Source: Candidatus Krumholzibacteriia bacterium
GTDB taxonomy: Bacteria > Krumholzibacteriota > Krumholzibacteriia > WVZY01
Assembly: GCA_036478295.1 (NCBI GenBank)
Contig: JAZGDW010000203.1
Coordinates: 1 to 17,550 of the forward strand
Length of the DNA: 17,550 nt
Direction: 5' to 3'
The position numbers were made by a program, and so were the translations under genes. Under the pieces are notes generated by a model. The model was not told the origin of the DNA. It saw only the letters and a program-made list of their open reading frames with translations, and did no database searches. Shown here one piece after another: positions 15,122 through 17,550 of this stretch (positions are counted from its first letter, which is position 1; every line of letters begins with the position of its first letter).

Positions 15122-16536
15122 CGGCCCGCGCCGCCGCGATCGATCTCGGCAGTACCCGCATCAAGAGCGGCGTGCTCGACGCCACAGACGAGTTGGTCGA
15201 TATCCGCGACACACCGGCGCCACCGCTCGCCGGTGACGGCCTCATTCGCGAATGCGAGCCCGCGGCATACATGGAGGCGGCCAGCCGGCTTCTCGCCGAG
15301 ACCCTCTCCCACCTGCCGGAGGATGTTCCCGTCGGTATTGCGTCCCAGCGGTCGTCGTTTTTGCTGTGGAATGCGGAAAGCGGCCAGCCGGTAACCCCCA
15401 TGATCTCGTGGCAGGATCGACGGGCACACGAGTGGTGTCTCGCCCACGCCCGTCATAATGAGAATCTCGTAACCGACACCGGCCTGTTTCTGTCGCCGCA
15501 CTACGCCGCTCCCAAGCTCGCTTTTCTTCTCACCGGCGACAAGGCGCTGCGGCAAGCTGCCCGCGCAGGTGAACTGCGTTTCGGAACCCTCGAAACCTAC
15601 CTCGTGTGGCGCCTTACCGCCGGCCGCGTGCACGTCACCGATCTCACGATGGCCGCGCGCACCCTGCTTGCCGATCCACGCAGCGGCCGCTGGTCTCCCC
15701 GCTGGCTCGAGGCCTTCGGCGTTGCGGAGAGCCTCTTGCCACGAATCGTGCCCACGTGGGGCCGCCAGGATGTGCTCGCCGACGGAGGTGTCGTCACCGC
15801 GACGGTGACCGACCAGGCGGCGGGTGTCATCGCCCTCCTGGCAACGGAACCTGGCACGGGCGGGCGGCCTGACGTTCTCGTCAACTTGGGGACCGGCGGC
15901 TTTGTCACCATTCCAACCGGTGATGAGATGACGTTTGCGGAAGGGTATCTCTCCGGCCCACTGATTAGCGGACCGGACGGCGAGGTGCAATATACGATAG
16001 AAGGAACGGTCAACGGCATCGGCGCCACCCTCTCGCAGGCGCCCCCTGGTGAGCTCGATTCCACGGCGGTAGATCCCTCGCCCGGTGTTTTTTGTTCTCC
16101 GGACAGCTCCGGTCTGGGCGCACCGTACTGGCGCGCCGACGTCCCTTTTGTGTTGTCGCGCCCCGACGCTACTCTCGGTGCGTTGGAGCGGCGGCGGGTC
16201 ATCTTGGAGGGAATTGTTTTCCGCATCGCCGGTATTATCAAGGCGCTGTGCGGAGGGGCGCAGCCACGATCCATCGTGTTATCCGGAGGTCTCTTGTCGG
16301 AACGGTTCATTCCACAGGCGCTTGCGAGCTGTCTGCAGCATCCCGTTTACGTTGTCGATAACAAGGAGTCCACGCTGCTCGGTGCCGCGCGCCTGGCCGC
16401 CGGCGAGCCGCATGCGTCTCCCGAGGTTCACCAAACGCCGGTTGAACCCGAAAGCGCCAGTTATCTACCCGCGAAGTTTCCGCAGTGGCGAGTGTGGATG
16501 GACGACATGCTGCTCAAACGTCCAACGATTCGTTAA
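15118..16536 (+). CDS. FGGY-family carbohydrate kinase, glycerol kinase-like (472 aa)
   Basis: ATG 15118 in an ATGA overlap with the glpD stop. Motifs IDLGST, SQR, WQDRR, HVTD...A.RT, TDQ, GTGGF, SGLGAPYW and EST.LGAA. It is divergent from canonical GlpK. Confidence 0.88.
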   Translation: MTARAAAIDLGSTRIKSGVLDATDELVDIRDTPAPPLAGDGLIRECEPAAYMEAASRLLAETLSHLPEDVPVGIASQRSSFLLWNAESGQPVTPMISWQDRRAHEWCLAHARHNENLVTDTGLFLSPHYAAPKLAFLLTGDKALRQAARAGELRFGTLETYLVWRLTAGRVHVTDLTMAARTLLADPRSGRWSPRWLEAFGVAESLLPRIVPTWGRQDVLADGGVVTATVTDQAAGVIALLATEPGTGGRPDVLVNLGTGGFVTIPTGDEMTFAEGYLSGPLISGPDGEVQYTIEGTVNGIGATLSQAPPGELDSTAVDPSPGVFCSPDSSGLGAPYWRADVPFVLSRPDATLGALERRRVILEGIVFRIAGIIKALCGGAQPRSIVLSGGLLSERFIPQALASCLQHPVYVVDNKESTLLGAARLAAGEPHASPEVHQTPVEPESASYLPAKFPQWRVWMDDMLLKRPTIR

Positions 16537-17549
16537 GGACCCTGCAGCGACTCGCTCTCGACTGTTCCCTGCCAAACCCGGAAGGCCCGTACCTCGCCGT
16601 GCCATTCGATATCGTGCGGGGAGGTGATGAAGATCTGGTGATCGCCGTCCAGTAGTCGTCTCAACGCTTCGCTGACCGCCGGGTCGAGTTCCGAGAACAC
16701 GTCGTCGAGAAGTAACACGCAGCGCTCTTTGAGCTCCGCATCCAGGTAGGACAGCTCCGTCAGTCTCAAGAGAATCGCCACGAGCCGGCGTTGGCCCTGC
16801 GATCCATACCGCCTCAGGTCGCGCCCGTCTGCTTTTATGTCCAGGTCATCCCGGTGCGGTCCCACAAGGGTTGTTCTCCTGCGGCTTTCCTCCGCCTCGG
16901 CCGCGGCCAGCCGCGCCGCGAAGTGCTGCTCGCAGGTGACTTGCTCCGTCCGCTTGTCGAGCAATTCCGATTGGTAAGCCATCTCTATCGAGTATTCGAT
17001 GGAGAGGTCCTGTACGTACGGCTGCATGTGACGCCCGAGCGCCTCGACCAGTCGCGCACGCCTCTCCACCACGGCGCAGCCGCGCACGAGAAGATCCTCC
17101 GTCCATACACCGAATGCGCTGTCGAAATCCCCCGAGCGCAGCGCCGCGTTTCGCTGCATGACCACGCGCCGGTATCCTTTGAGCTCCTCCAGGTAGGCAC
17201 GGTCCGTCATGCTTCCGATCATGTCCAGGAACTTGCGGCGCTCGGCCGGGAATCCGGAGACGACGGTGAGATCCTGCGGTCCAAACAGCACGCAAGGGTA
17301 ACGTCCAACCAGATTGGACAGTCGTTCTACTTCCTTGCCATCGATTTTGATGTGCTTTGCCCCACTGCGCTCGAGCGAAACAGCCAGGGTTTCGCGCGCC
17401 CCGTTGTCGCACTCGTGTTCCAGCTCGAAACGGCAAAACGGCTCTTCGAAGCGGATCAGATCCGCGTCGCGCGTCGTCCGGAACGACCTGCCGAATTTGG
17501 GAAAATGAATCGCTTCGAGGATGTTGGTCTTGCCGTGGCCGTTTTGTCC
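16533..17549 (-). CDS. recF: DNA replication/repair protein RecF (5' end outside the window)
   Basis: The frame is open from the window edge: Walker A GQNGHGKTNILEAI, RSFR, P.ERRKFLD, QRNAAL, TLVGPHRDD, signature GSQGQ and Walker B LLLDDVFSELD. The ORF-track start at 17291 is internal. Confidence 0.97.
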   Translation of the reverse strand, partial: GQNGHGKTNILEAIHFPKFGRSFRTTRDADLIRFEEPFCRFELEHECDNGARETLAVSLERSGAKHIKIDGKEVERLSNLVGRYPCVLFGPQDLTVVSGFPAERRKFLDMIGSMTDRAYLEELKGYRRVVMQRNAALRSGDFDSAFGVWTEDLLVRGCAVVERRARLVEALGRHMQPYVQDLSIEYSIEMAYQSELLDKRTEQVTCEQHFAARLAAAEAEESRRRTTLVGPHRDDLDIKADGRDLRRYGSQGQRRLVAILLRLTELSYLDAELKERCVLLLDDVFSELDPAVSEALRRLLDGDHQIFITSPHDIEWHGEVRAFRVWQGTVESESLQGP

Positions 17550-17550
17550 T

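Noticed and set aside
1..17550. CRISPR arrays, tRNA/rRNA genes, transposases, integrases, prophage or anti-phage defence genes
   Set aside because: I found no spaced direct repeats, RNA gene signatures or related protein motifs. Nearly all of the sequence is accounted for by the 15 CDSs.

Overview
GC-rich bacterial chromosomal window with 15 protein-coding genes in four blocks. No rRNA, tRNA, CRISPR array or mobile element was seen. (1) Minus strand, 78-4812: a tight eight-gene operon (VOC/glyoxalase-fold protein, DinB/YfiT-type protein, DUF2905 membrane protein, SAM methyltransferase, Asp/Glu racemase homologue, tag, TauE/SafE exporter, LysE exporter) behind a near-consensus sigma70 promoter (TTGAAA-N17-TATAAT). 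(2) Minus strand, 4941-12360: a translationally coupled RND system of one periplasmic adaptor and two different AcrB-family permeases, with no outer-membrane channel and a candidate ECF-sigma promoter. (3) Plus strand, 12721-16536: a divergent operon of GDPD, a GlpD-like FAD dehydrogenase and a GlpK-like FGGY kinase. (4) Minus strand: a 5'-truncated recF whose stop codon overlaps the kinase stop. The most notable observations are a racemase homologue with both catalytic positions replaced (Ala83, Gly197), the possible electrophile/alkylation-defence operon it sits in, non-canonical proton-relay residues in both RND permeases, a G9 tract in the adaptor gene, and a glycerol-kinase homologue lacking the glycerol-binding Glu.
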